64,000 nucleotides of DNA from an uncultured virus (IMG/VR IMGVR_UViG_3300023108_000017) (lineage: Duplodnaviria; Heunggongvirae; Uroviricota; Caudoviricetes). Location: the IMG/VR virus record IMGVR_UViG_3300023108_000017. The stretch is one strand, 5' to 3'. Shown piece after piece: positions 17,148-26,254 of the stretch (positions are counted from its first letter, which is position 1; every line of letters begins with the position of its first letter). Below the pieces are notes generated by a model. It saw nothing but the letters and a program-made list of their open reading frames with translations, was not told the DNA's origin and made no database searches. The position numbers and the translations under genes were made by a program.

Positions 17148-17615
17148 ATGTACAAAAGAATAATAGCAGTTGTTTTGTTGCTTTATTCTGTGTTTGGTCA
17201 AGGTTTACTAGACGGTTTTGATAAACCAGAACCCAAGCCAGAGCCTAACCCTGCGGCAGAAATACTGAATGTAGAAAAACCAACAGAAAAAATCTTAAAA
17301 GATATCAGTGTTTTTTCAGACATAGTATCTGAGCCTTCCGATAGGGCTAAGTTGGCTATTTTTAATTATGAATTTGCTGAAAGAGTTTCTGGTTATGAAA
17401 CATCTGTGCAGCAGGTAAACGACGTTTATGCTTTTGCTGGAAAAATTTTTTTCAAGAAAAAACTCGTAGACAAATACGAGGGACTATCTGAAAACCTAAA
17501 AAGAATTCTGGAAAAAATTCTAACAAATGATGATCACCTAGTAACCGCAGAAGAAAAACAATCTCTTCATGAGTATTTTATGGGAATAGCGTGGGTATTA
17601 ATTCAAAAGGGGTAA
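17148..17615 (+). CDS. exported protein with Pro-rich linker
   Basis: signal-peptide-like N-terminus; KPEPKPEPNP linker. Confidence 0.7.
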   Translation: MYKRIIAVVLLLYSVFGQGLLDGFDKPEPKPEPNPAAEILNVEKPTEKILKDISVFSDIVSEPSDRAKLAIFNYEFAERVSGYETSVQQVNDVYAFAGKIFFKKKLVDKYEGLSENLKRILEKILTNDDHLVTAEEKQSLHEYFMGIAWVLIQKG

Positions 17616-17618
17616 GCC

Positions 17619-18251
17619 ATGTCTCCAAAAGAAATAAGCGAAGTTCTATTTAAAATTTTTAGTGACGAGGGATTTAGTGTAAATGGATTTAAGATTAAAT
17701 CAGAAAGCCCCCTTGTTGCAAACGTCTATAATGATGGCGAAAGATCAACTATAAGTTTTGGAACTAATTATCCCAAAGCAGAAATTACCCGCCTAATAAC
17801 TTTGTACGCATATATTGAACAATTAGTTTTCAGAAAAGATGGTGGAACTGTTAGGCTTAAGAACTTCCCAGACATTAGTTTTGGTTATGATAAATCAAGT
17901 ATACTTGATTTTCTAGATCACTTAACGTATGCTGGCCACCAGTGTCAAATAGAAGAAGAAATAAAAGAAAAATATTCCGATGATACAAAAAGAAAAATCG
18001 CTAAAGACTGCTTGCAATACGCCACAGAATGGGCTACAATAGTTAGTCAGTCTGGTGGATTTTGCGAGGCTGGACCATCAAAAAGAAAAGAATTGAAACG
18101 CCAGTGCTATAATTTTGTTGTAGAAAACGTAAGGGAAAACGCGAAAGAAAAAAAATATGGGTCCGTAATATTGACATATCTCTTGGTATTCATTATAATA
18201 CCAGCAGTTGCTAGATTTATTATTGTGAGATTGCTTGAAAAATATTTCTAA
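17619..18251 (+). CDS. hypothetical protein with C-terminal TM helix
   Basis: YGSVILTYLLVFIIIPAVARFII. Confidence 0.7.
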   Translation: MSPKEISEVLFKIFSDEGFSVNGFKIKSESPLVANVYNDGERSTISFGTNYPKAEITRLITLYAYIEQLVFRKDGGTVRLKNFPDISFGYDKSSILDFLDHLTYAGHQCQIEEEIKEKYSDDTKRKIAKDCLQYATEWATIVSQSGGFCEAGPSKRKELKRQCYNFVVENVRENAKEKKYGSVILTYLLVFIIIPAVARFIIVRLLEKYF

Positions 18252-18283
18252 ATAATTACCACTAACAGGAAAGACGGTGATCG

Positions 18284-20482
18284 ATGTCAATAAAGTCATT
18301 GATGAACTATACGTTCGTATCTAAATATGCAAGATGGTGTCCAGAAAAGAAGAGAAGAGAAACTTGGCAGGAATCAGTTGACAGAGTTAAGCAAATGATG
18401 CTTGACAAATACGTAGATCCTAATGATGATAATGTTTTGGACGTTAAGGAAGCAATAACTCAAGCATATGAGGACATGAGAAAGAAAAAGATTCTTGGTT
18501 CTCAACGGGCTTTGCAGTTTGGCGGCGCTCCAGTTTTCAAGCACAACGCCAGAATCTATAATTGCATTGCGTCTTATACAGACAGGGTACGTTTCTTCCA
18601 AGAGTGCATGTATTTATTATTGTGTGGATGTGGTACTGGCTTTTCTGTTCAGAAACATCATATTGATAAGCTGCCAAAGATAGTTAAATCAAAAGAAGGA
18701 CAAAAGAAATTTGTCATTGAAGATTCTATTGAGGGTTGGTCTGACGCTGTGGGCGTATTGGTGTCAAGCTATTTTAGAAAGTGCGATCTTTTTCCAGAAT
18801 ATAACGGAAAGAATGTATCTTTTGATTACACGAAAATTAGACCGGCTGGATCATATTTAAAATCTAGCGGCGGCAAAGCTCCCGGTCCAGAACCTCTAAA
18901 GAAAGCACTAACAAGCATCAAGAAAGTCCTAGACAATATCATTAAAGAGGGCCGCGATAAAATTAAACCAATCGAAGCATATGACATTGTTATGTTTGGT
19001 GCTGACGCCGTAATTAGTGGTGGCGTTAGGCGTAGTGCTACAATTTGTCTTTTCTCTGCTGACGATGAAGAAATGGCAAAGGCTAAAACTGGCTCATGGT
19101 TTATTGATAATCCACAAAGAGGACGATCAAACAACTCAGCACTATTACTAAGAAATAAAACATCAAAAAAACAATTCAATGAACTTATGCAATCCGTGAA
19201 AGAATTTGGAGAACCCGGATTCGTATGGTCTGACTCTACAGAGCTGATTGTAAATCCATGTGTGGAAATTGGCATGTGGCCCGTAGATGAAACAACTGGC
19301 GAAAGTGGATGGCAAGCCTGCAATCTGTCTACAATTAACTGTGCCAAAGTTAAAACTGTAGAAGATTTTTATGCAGCGTGTGAGTCTGCCGCAATTATCG
19401 GAACGCTACAAGCTGGATTTGCTGAATTCCCCTACCTCGGTAAAGCTTCTGAGAATATTATTAGTCGTGAAGCCCTGTTGGGAGTGTCAATGACGGGGAT
19501 TATGGAACAGCATGAAATATGCCTAGACCCGAAAGTTCAGAAGAAGGGTGCAGAAATAGTAAAGAAAACTAATGAAAGAATCGCAAAGCTAATTGGTATC
19601 AATAAAGCAGCACGTACCACCTGCGTTAAGCCAGAAGGTACATCTAGCTGTATCCTTGGAACCTCTTCTGGAATTCACCCCCATCACGCCAAGAGATACA
19701 TCCGTAGAGTCCAAGCAAATAAAATGGAGCCAATATACCAGTACTTCAAAACAATCAACCCTAGAGCTTGTGAGGAGTCCGTATGGTCTAATAACGACTC
19801 GGATGACGTTGTGGCGTTTTGTGTAGAAGTTCCAGACGGTTCTAAGATTAAAAATCAACTAGGGGCGATAGACTTACTAGAATACGTAAAAAGCACACAG
19901 GAAAACTGGGTAATTAATGGTACAAATCCAGAACAATGCACACAAAAGTGGCTGACGCACAATGTTTCCAATACAATTAACGTTAAGCCAGAAGAGTGGG
20001 ACGCTGTGACAGATTTTATTTATGATAATCGCCAGTATTTCTGCGGTGTTTCACTGCTTCCAATCGCTGGTGATAAAGATTATGCACAAGCTCCCTTCAC
20101 AACAGTGTATTTACCTAGTGAGCAGATACAACATTACGGAGATGCGGCAGTGTTTGTAAGCGGTTTAATTGAAGTTGGTCTTTCTCTCTATGAAGATAAT
20201 TTATGGGCGGCTTGTGATAGTCTATTAGGAGTTGGTCAAAAGATTAAAGGCTCAGAGAAAAAAGAATATAGAGATAGATGCCAAAAATTTGCCGATAGAT
20301 ACATGAACGGAGACCTTAAACTACTCACGTATTGTATGAAAGATGTTTACAATTGGAAAAACTGGCTAGATATGAACCGTGAATATAAAGAAGTAGATTA
20401 TACTCAAGTTATCGAAGAGGAAAATAATGTCAAAGCAGAGCAAGAGTGGGCCTGCTCTGGAGGATCTTGCGAAATTCGCTAA
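18284..20482 (+). CDS. nrdJ: class II (adenosylcobalamin-dependent) ribonucleotide reductase, monomeric RTPR type
   Basis: RRETW, IYNC, GCGTGFSV, GGVRRSA, NPCVEI, CNLSTIN, TTCVKPEGTSS and C-terminal ACSGGSCE; no beta-subunit gene nearby. Confidence 0.92.
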   Translation: MSIKSLMNYTFVSKYARWCPEKKRRETWQESVDRVKQMMLDKYVDPNDDNVLDVKEAITQAYEDMRKKKILGSQRALQFGGAPVFKHNARIYNCIASYTDRVRFFQECMYLLLCGCGTGFSVQKHHIDKLPKIVKSKEGQKKFVIEDSIEGWSDAVGVLVSSYFRKCDLFPEYNGKNVSFDYTKIRPAGSYLKSSGGKAPGPEPLKKALTSIKKVLDNIIKEGRDKIKPIEAYDIVMFGADAVISGGVRRSATICLFSADDEEMAKAKTGSWFIDNPQRGRSNNSALLLRNKTSKKQFNELMQSVKEFGEPGFVWSDSTELIVNPCVEIGMWPVDETTGESGWQACNLSTINCAKVKTVEDFYAACESAAIIGTLQAGFAEFPYLGKASENIISREALLGVSMTGIMEQHEICLDPKVQKKGAEIVKKTNERIAKLIGINKAARTTCVKPEGTSSCILGTSSGIHPHHAKRYIRRVQANKMEPIYQYFKTINPRACEESVWSNNDSDDVVAFCVEVPDGSKIKNQLGAIDLLEYVKSTQENWVINGTNPEQCTQKWLTHNVSNTINVKPEEWDAVTDFIYDNRQYFCGVSLLPIAGDKDYAQAPFTTVYLPSEQIQHYGDAAVFVSGLIEVGLSLYEDNLWAACDSLLGVGQKIKGSEKKEYRDRCQKFADRYMNGDLKLLTYCMKDVYNWKNWLDMNREYKEVDYTQVIEEENNVKAEQEWACSGGSCEIR

Positions 20483-20494
20483 TAAGGAATTTTT

Positions 20495-20950
20495 ATGATA
20501 AAAAAGAAAAAGGAAAAACCAACTATGCATTTTGTAGGAATTCAACTTTTAACTCAAACAGCTAAGATGCCAACTAAATCCAATAGAAGTGATGCTGGCT
20601 TTGATTTATACTCAGACGAAGATAAGTTTGTATTTGCACATAAACGAACAGTAATTAAAACTGGGATAAGCACAGAGATGAGTAACAATATGGCTGGTTT
20701 AATTTGGCCTCGCTCTGGACTTTCCGTAAAACACGGCATAGATGTATTAGCTGGTGTCATAGATGCTGGCTACAGAGGAGAGATCATGGTTTGTCTCTAC
20801 AATACTTCTGATGAAGATGTGGAAATAAAACGTGGGGATAGAATCGCTCAGATGATATTCCAAGAGGTTCCTGTTGTATCTTTACAGTTAAGAGACGAAC
20901 TAGGTTCCTCACAACGAGGGAGTAACGGCTTTGGTAGCACAGGCAAATAA
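20495..20950 (+). CDS. dut: trimeric dUTPase
   Basis: AGFDL, PRSGLS, GVIDAGYRGEI, GDRIAQ and RGSNGFGSTG (motifs 1-5). Confidence 0.96.
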   Translation: MIKKKKEKPTMHFVGIQLLTQTAKMPTKSNRSDAGFDLYSDEDKFVFAHKRTVIKTGISTEMSNNMAGLIWPRSGLSVKHGIDVLAGVIDAGYRGEIMVCLYNTSDEDVEIKRGDRIAQMIFQEVPVVSLQLRDELGSSQRGSNGFGSTGK

Positions 20951-21611
20951 CAACAATAGAAAAAAGCGACAAGAGAAAAAGAAACCTAAGCAAAACCATT
21001 TGGAGGCCAAAACTGAAAATCAAAAGATATATATTAGGTCAATTGTAGAGAACGACGTTGTTTTCTGCACCGGACCTTCTGGTAGCGGTAAATCTTTTAT
21101 TCCAGCTGGGTTAGCAGCTCAGAAGTTATTAAAAGATGAAATTGAAACAGTTATAGTTACTCGCCCTTTAGTTTGTACTGGTAGAGACATTGGTTCTTTG
21201 CCGGGGGAATTAAATGAAAAAATTAAACCATATTTACAGCCAATGGAAGAAAATTTAAAGTATTTCCTTGGTAGAGACAAGTTTGGTTATTATTATAACC
21301 AAAAAAGAATTAGGTTTGAACCATTAGAAACCATGCGTGGTTCCACATTCCATGATTCATTTATGATTTTAGATGAAGCTCAAAACTGTACTAATGAACA
21401 GATAAAAATGTTCATAACAAGAATGGGCAATCATTCTAAAGTAATTATAAATGGTGACAACAAACAGACGGATATCTACAAGTATAGTGGATTAGACTTC
21501 TGCTTGGAAAGATTATCTGATGTTCCGGGTGTTGGAATTTGCAAATTAGAGTATCATGATATACAGAGAAACGGAATTATTGGAGCTATACTTTATGCAC
21601 TGGAGTCATAA
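20931..21611 (+). CDS. phoH: PhoH-like ATPase
   Basis: GPSGSGKS, TRPLV, GSLPG, MRGSTF, ILDEAQN and GDNKQTD. Confidence 0.95.
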   Translation: MVAQANNNNRKKRQEKKKPKQNHLEAKTENQKIYIRSIVENDVVFCTGPSGSGKSFIPAGLAAQKLLKDEIETVIVTRPLVCTGRDIGSLPGELNEKIKPYLQPMEENLKYFLGRDKFGYYYNQKRIRFEPLETMRGSTFHDSFMILDEAQNCTNEQIKMFITRMGNHSKVIINGDNKQTDIYKYSGLDFCLERLSDVPGVGICKLEYHDIQRNGIIGAILYALES

Positions 21612-21991
21612 TGCTATACGATTATGAATGTAGTAATTGCAAACATTTTATGGAAGATGTTTATCAATCAATAAAAGATGAAGCACTAACAAAATGTCCA
21701 AAATGCAAGAAAAAATCACTAGAAAGAATAATATATGGTGGAAGTCACTTTAGTGTTAAAAAATCATGCAATAATCAACAACCAGATGGTTGTTTTAAAA
21801 CAACATACGGACAAGGAAACAAGAAAAAAATTCAGCAAAAACACTTTAACGTAGTTGTCAACAATGCTTTAAAAAATGAAATGAACAACGTAGACCCAAA
21901 AGATAGAAAGAAGTGGGCAGACAAAAGAGCGAATCAAGATTTTTGCGAAAAAGTATACGTAAAAGAAACAACAAAAAAGAGGAAAGACTAG
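21611..21991 (+). CDS. FmdB-like zinc-ribbon protein
   Basis: YDYECSNC...QSIKD...CPKCKK..LERII. Confidence 0.8.
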   Translation: MLYDYECSNCKHFMEDVYQSIKDEALTKCPKCKKKSLERIIYGGSHFSVKKSCNNQQPDGCFKTTYGQGNKKKIQQKHFNVVVNNALKNEMNNVDPKDRKKWADKRANQDFCEKVYVKETTKKRKD

Positions 21992-22332
21992 TGAGATATA
22001 TTGACAATCCAGAAAAAAATAATCTACAAAAGTTTAAAACAGAAGAAAGCAAATATGATAGAAACGGTCAACTTGTAGAGTCAGATAATATGGCTTTAGC
22101 TAAGTGTGTTACGGTTTTAGATGGATCAAGAATAATCTCTAGAAGGTTTTTTGTTAGTACTCATAACGGAAGCCTATATGATCCTCTCGGGGCAAGCAGT
22201 AATAGAGAAAAATTTTTGCAACTCAAAACGAAAGAAGTAAACCAAAAAACTTTTGATTATTATATGCAGTACTTAGAGAGTAAAAATTCTATTTTTTTAA
22301 CAAGATCTCAAAGAGGATTTATTAATGGCTAA
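21991..22332 (+). CDS. hypothetical protein
   Basis: likely GTG start at 21991 overlapping the upstream stop (track ORF 21913..22332). Confidence 0.65.
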   Translation: MRYIDNPEKNNLQKFKTEESKYDRNGQLVESDNMALAKCVTVLDGSRIISRRFFVSTHNGSLYDPLGASSNREKFLQLKTKEVNQKTFDYYMQYLESKNSIFLTRSQRGFING

Positions 22333-22627
22333 ATTGAAGCGTGGCCCACTGAGTAAAGTTGAAAATTACTATCTTCTTGGCAATCAGAACAATTTAACCC
22401 CAGAAGAGCTAGCATCAGATTTGAATAGATCTGTAGCAAGTATAGAAAAAGTATTGAGAAAAACAAGAAAAGATTTAGAGCATGTCAGCGAAGAAACTAT
22501 TGTGAGCCAACAGTTTGTTAGACAGAAGGGCGTTACGATTATGACAGAAAACGCATCATCCATGATAGATCAGGCCAAACAGTCAAGACAAAGGAAAAAC
22601 CCGGAATGCATAACGAAAATAAAATGA
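22325..22627 (+). CDS. hypothetical protein, possible HTH
   Basis: TPEELASDLNRSVASIEKVL is HTH-like. Confidence 0.6.
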   Translation: MAKLKRGPLSKVENYYLLGNQNNLTPEELASDLNRSVASIEKVLRKTRKDLEHVSEETIVSQQFVRQKGVTIMTENASSMIDQAKQSRQRKNPECITKIK

Positions 22628-23067
22628 ATTATATCTTTGGAAAAGAAAGCTTCAGAAAGTTCTATAGAAGCTTAACCGACACTGAGAGAAGAACAATATT
22701 TATTATCGTTGGTACTTCTGATGGACAAGAAGTTTACTTAACAGAATATAAGCAGTGGCTTTCTTTTGGTGATTACATATCACAAACCAGCTCCAGAATA
22801 GATAAAATAAGTTTACAATATAGAAGTCACGTTGTACCAATTGATACTTCTAATTCAGACGGTGTATATTTAGTCAAAACTGCTAAGGGGCAGATGGGTG
22901 GAGCTACGAAGGATTGTTATAGCGTTGGAATAGTAAAGGGTAATAAAGTATACAGACAATTGTACATTACTCCAGAGCTAATAAAAGACATAGAATTTGA
23001 AGATGATTTAAATTGTTGCATTGAGGAAGCGTTGATACTACATGAGCAAAAAGCCAAAACTATTTAA
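22624..23067 (+). CDS. hypothetical protein
   Basis: ATGA overlap with the upstream gene. Confidence 0.7.
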   Translation: MNYIFGKESFRKFYRSLTDTERRTIFIIVGTSDGQEVYLTEYKQWLSFGDYISQTSSRIDKISLQYRSHVVPIDTSNSDGVYLVKTAKGQMGGATKDCYSVGIVKGNKVYRQLYITPELIKDIEFEDDLNCCIEEALILHEQKAKTI

Positions 23068-23563
23068 CCAATCTTATCAAAAGCAATGGTCGGAAACACA
23101 TAAGTACAAGCATATTCACACTGGAGAATACTGTACTTTTGAGGCTTATGTTGCCGAATATTTGATTATAAGATGGACCGACACGTTCAAGATGGATAAA
23201 CCTTCTTATAAATTTTGGACCTCTGGCGACAAGTATCACGAATGCTTCATGAGAAACATGAAAGCTTTGCAATCTTTGAAAAAAAAATTTGCAGAAAATA
23301 TTATTATAGAAGCAATTAACTCTAAGTATTTTGAAAAAATTTACCATATCGGAATTAAAGGGTATGGACCAAGAGGCTGGAAGTACAATAAGGTTGCAAT
23401 AGAAGCTGTTACGAAGTACAATAATGAGGTAGAGGAATCAAAAAAAATCTCTGACCAAATAAAAGATGCTAATGTTGAAGAAATTAAGAGAGAAGAAGTT
23501 GCAAGAAGAACAAAGTCTATACCAAAACAAAAAAGTATTTTCAATAAACTGAGGAATTTATGA
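23042..23563 (+). CDS. hypothetical protein
   Basis: ORF track; GAGG RBS; directly upstream of the recA-like gene. Confidence 0.75.
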   Translation: MSKKPKLFNQSYQKQWSETHKYKHIHTGEYCTFEAYVAEYLIIRWTDTFKMDKPSYKFWTSGDKYHECFMRNMKALQSLKKKFAENIIIEAINSKYFEKIYHIGIKGYGPRGWKYNKVAIEAVTKYNNEVEESKKISDQIKDANVEEIKREEVARRTKSIPKQKSIFNKLRNL

Positions 23564-24669
23564 GCAAAGTAAAGAAAAAGAATTCAAGTAAATTTGAAAG
23601 CGACGTTGTAAGCAATTCAATTGTTAGCAAGTATGGAGATGTCGTTAGGAGTGGTACAGAAGTTCTTGAGGCTATCAATAGCCTTCAAGTAATCGGCGTG
23701 TCACCAGCACTCGACATTGCCTTGGGTGGCGGTTTAAGGGAGGGTAGTGTTGTAGTAATGACTGGAGATCCCAAATCCGGCAAGACTACAACCGCCCTTC
23801 ATTTTGCTTCAAAGTGTCAAGCTTTGGGAAAGCGTGTCATTTATGTCAATACAGAAGGCAGACTATCACGACAGAACTTTGATGGCATTAAAGGGTTGCA
23901 GTCTGACAATATTCTGATAGTAGAATCTACTGATGACAAAATTCTATCAGCAGAAGACTTCCTTAATATCATTGAATACTACATTAACAATGATCCCGGA
24001 TGTTTAATTATTGCTGATTCTTTATCAAACATGGTTCCATCTTGTGAGCTAGAAGGAGAGGTTAGAACTGGAGTTCGCAACGCACTTCCAAGATTACTAT
24101 CCATGTTTTTCAAGCGTATCAGTGGAACCCTTATGAAGAACAAGATTATCTTAACATGTATTACTCACAACATTGCTAATACTGGCGGCTCACCATATGC
24201 TCCATCAAAGATGGCAGACTGTGGAAACATGTTGCAATATCAAGCTGGAACCAATATGGTTATCACACACAGGGGTAGATGGCAAGTGCCAAAAGATAGT
24301 GGCCCTCACGTTGGTCAAATAGCAAACTGGGCTATCAAAACATCTTGCGCTGGTGGAACACCTAATAGCACAGCAGAAAGCTGGATTAGGTACGGCGTTG
24401 GTATTGATGAAACCCAAGAAGTTGTACAGATTGCTTGTGAATTTAGATTGATTAAAACAGCTGGAGCTTGGTATACAATCCAGTGCGCTATCGACAACCT
24501 AGAAGATCCGGTAATACAAAACATTCTGAAACAAAATAAAATCTCTGACAAACCAGAGGATATAGAAAGATTTTTTAAATTCCAAGGCGCTAATAATACG
24601 CTTGAGTTTTTAAATGAAAATCCAGATATGTCATCATTCATTTACGATAAGATTAAGGAATTGTTTTAA
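23560..24669 (+). CDS. recA: RecA/UvsX-like recombinase (divergent)
   Basis: SPALDIALGGGL, Walker A GDPKSGKTT, Walker B IIADSL, GIDE, AGAWY and KFQG. Confidence 0.85.
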   Translation: MSKVKKKNSSKFESDVVSNSIVSKYGDVVRSGTEVLEAINSLQVIGVSPALDIALGGGLREGSVVVMTGDPKSGKTTTALHFASKCQALGKRVIYVNTEGRLSRQNFDGIKGLQSDNILIVESTDDKILSAEDFLNIIEYYINNDPGCLIIADSLSNMVPSCELEGEVRTGVRNALPRLLSMFFKRISGTLMKNKIILTCITHNIANTGGSPYAPSKMADCGNMLQYQAGTNMVITHRGRWQVPKDSGPHVGQIANWAIKTSCAGGTPNSTAESWIRYGVGIDETQEVVQIACEFRLIKTAGAWYTIQCAIDNLEDPVIQNILKQNKISDKPEDIERFFKFQGANNTLEFLNENPDMSSFIYDKIKELF

Positions 24670-24815
24670 TGGCTAAAGTAGATCTAACAAAGACAGAGGC
24701 TTGGAGAATACTGGATGCTCTTAATGTATATAAGAAAGATTATGAGTTAACGGAATACGTAAAGAAAACCATTCGCAACGCAGAAAAGAAATTGAAAAAG
24801 ATTGTTAATGAATAA
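24669..24815 (+). CDS. small hypothetical protein (48 aa, absent from ORF track)
   Basis: TAATG coupling to the recA stop; MAKVDLTKTEAWRILDALNVYKKDYELTEYVKKTIRNAEKKLKKIVNE. Confidence 0.7.
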   Translation: MAKVDLTKTEAWRILDALNVYKKDYELTEYVKKTIRNAEKKLKKIVNE

Positions 24816-24897
24816 TAACGAAGTGTGGCCTAAGATTGTTGGACTTATTGCGGTGTGGATCATTCTTTATTTCTATATGCGTAGACCAAAAAAATGA
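24808..24897 (+). CDS. 29-aa single-TM peptide (absent from ORF track)
   Basis: MNNNEVWPKIVGLIAVWIILYFYMRRPKK; overlaps both neighbours. Confidence 0.55.
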   Translation: MNNNEVWPKIVGLIAVWIILYFYMRRPKK

Positions 24898-24957
24898 ATA
24901 CAATACTTCAAATATGTGCTGGTATATTGCTAGCTAGATTTATAGAATGGATTTTGT

Positions 24958-25380
24958 ATGAAAGTTATAGGCTTAAATGGCAGAGAGTACGTTTGGAATT
25001 TAAACGGATATTCTGTTGCCGCCAACGACAAACGCAAGAGATCAAAGTACCACGTTCGCGCAAGAGAAGTCTTGAAGACTGTCTTCCATAGTTATAGAAT
25101 ACTTGAAGAAGTTAAGTTGCCGGGAAGCACACCAAGGCACAGAAAAGGAGTACTTTATTTAGATTTTTATATTCCACAGATAATGCTTGCAGTAGAAGTT
25201 CACGGACAACAACATTATGAATTTACTCCATTCTTCCATAAGACAAAAGCAGATTTCGTGTTGGCAAAAGCCAAGGATGAAGATAAAATAGAGTGGTGCA
25301 AGTTGAACAAAATTGACCTGATTGAATTGAAGTATTCTGACACAGACGATCAATGGAGAGAACAAATTGAAAACAGCTAA
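24958..25380 (+). CDS. PD-(D/E)xK endonuclease, Vsr/DUF559-like
   Basis: ILEE...LYLDFYIP...AVEVHGQQHY...D..K..WC. Confidence 0.8.
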   Translation: MKVIGLNGREYVWNLNGYSVAANDKRKRSKYHVRAREVLKTVFHSYRILEEVKLPGSTPRHRKGVLYLDFYIPQIMLAVEVHGQQHYEFTPFFHKTKADFVLAKAKDEDKIEWCKLNKIDLIELKYSDTDDQWREQIENS

Positions 25381-25828
25381 AGAAACCGTTGAAAACTTTC
25401 TTGAAAAGCTAGATCAATTCACGAATGAAACAAACACAAAGTTTGCCACATTTCGAGAAGAATTCCTATTAGCCGCAGATATGGAGATGGATCAGGTTAA
25501 AAAGCTTAATCAGGAAGAGCTTTTTGATTATGCATATGCTCTCTACGGGTACGCCTCGTATGTTCAGGATCAAATCAACAGGCAGAAAGTTGTATTTAAT
25601 TTATGTAATGATCAACTACAAAAAATGGTAGCAAAGTATCATGAAAAATTTAGTCCTTACACTAAACATGAAATAAGAATGCAGATGATAGTTGTTGACA
25701 ATGAATATGCCGCATCTATTGACAATTACAAACAAGTCGCAGAAGCGAGGATACAAGAGCTAGATGGCAAAGTGTATGAGCTAAAACGCAAAGGGGATAT
25801 ACTAATGGAAAAGGGGAAAAGAATATGA
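25367..25828 (+). CDS. helical hypothetical protein (possible recombination mediator)
   Basis: coiled-coil composition; lies between the recA-like gene and the helicase; function inferred from position only. Confidence 0.6.
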   Translation: MKTAKETVENFLEKLDQFTNETNTKFATFREEFLLAADMEMDQVKKLNQEELFDYAYALYGYASYVQDQINRQKVVFNLCNDQLQKMVAKYHEKFSPYTKHEIRMQMIVVDNEYAASIDNYKQVAEARIQELDGKVYELKRKGDILMEKGKRI

Positions 25829-26247
25829 ATCTTAAAAGTCTAGTTAGCAGTTTAAGCTTTGAAGAACAAACAGAGTTATTAGATATTTTAATGGAATTCG
25901 GTAAAACTGGAAGCGGCGTACTCATGGAAAATGAAGGATTGGCTGGAAGTACCATGCCTCCACACATTGTGGATGAATTTGGTGGCAGCGTTTCGTCAGA
26001 TTTTCAAGTAAAAAAGCAGAACAATTTAAGCAAAAAAAGAAAAGAAGCGGTGAGAGCCAATAAAAATACTTGGAAGGACACCGGAGAAGACAGGCACATC
26101 GAAACCCCAGCGGCTAGCATTACTCCTCGTAATAGATCTAAACCTAAAAAAACAACTGTTACATGCCACAAGTGTGGAAAAGAAAGCAAGATAAATGCAG
26201 GTCTTGTTTATGGAGAGTTTTATAGATGCGACAAGTGCATAGGATAA
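25825..26247 (+). CDS. hypothetical protein with C-terminal zinc ribbon
   Basis: CHKC...CDKC. Confidence 0.7.
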   Translation: MNLKSLVSSLSFEEQTELLDILMEFGKTGSGVLMENEGLAGSTMPPHIVDEFGGSVSSDFQVKKQNNLSKKRKEAVRANKNTWKDTGEDRHIETPAASITPRNRSKPKKTTVTCHKCGKESKINAGLVYGEFYRCDKCIG

Positions 26248-26254
26248 TAACTAG

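Noticed and set aside
18252..18283. NrdR box or cobalamin riboswitch upstream of nrdJ
   Set aside because: The gap is only ~30 nt and lacks the palindromic consensus.
18826..19347. 173-aa antisense ORF in nrdJ, and the many other short opposite-strand ORFs in the track
   Set aside because: Fully nested opposite well-supported genes, with no RBS or recognisable motifs.
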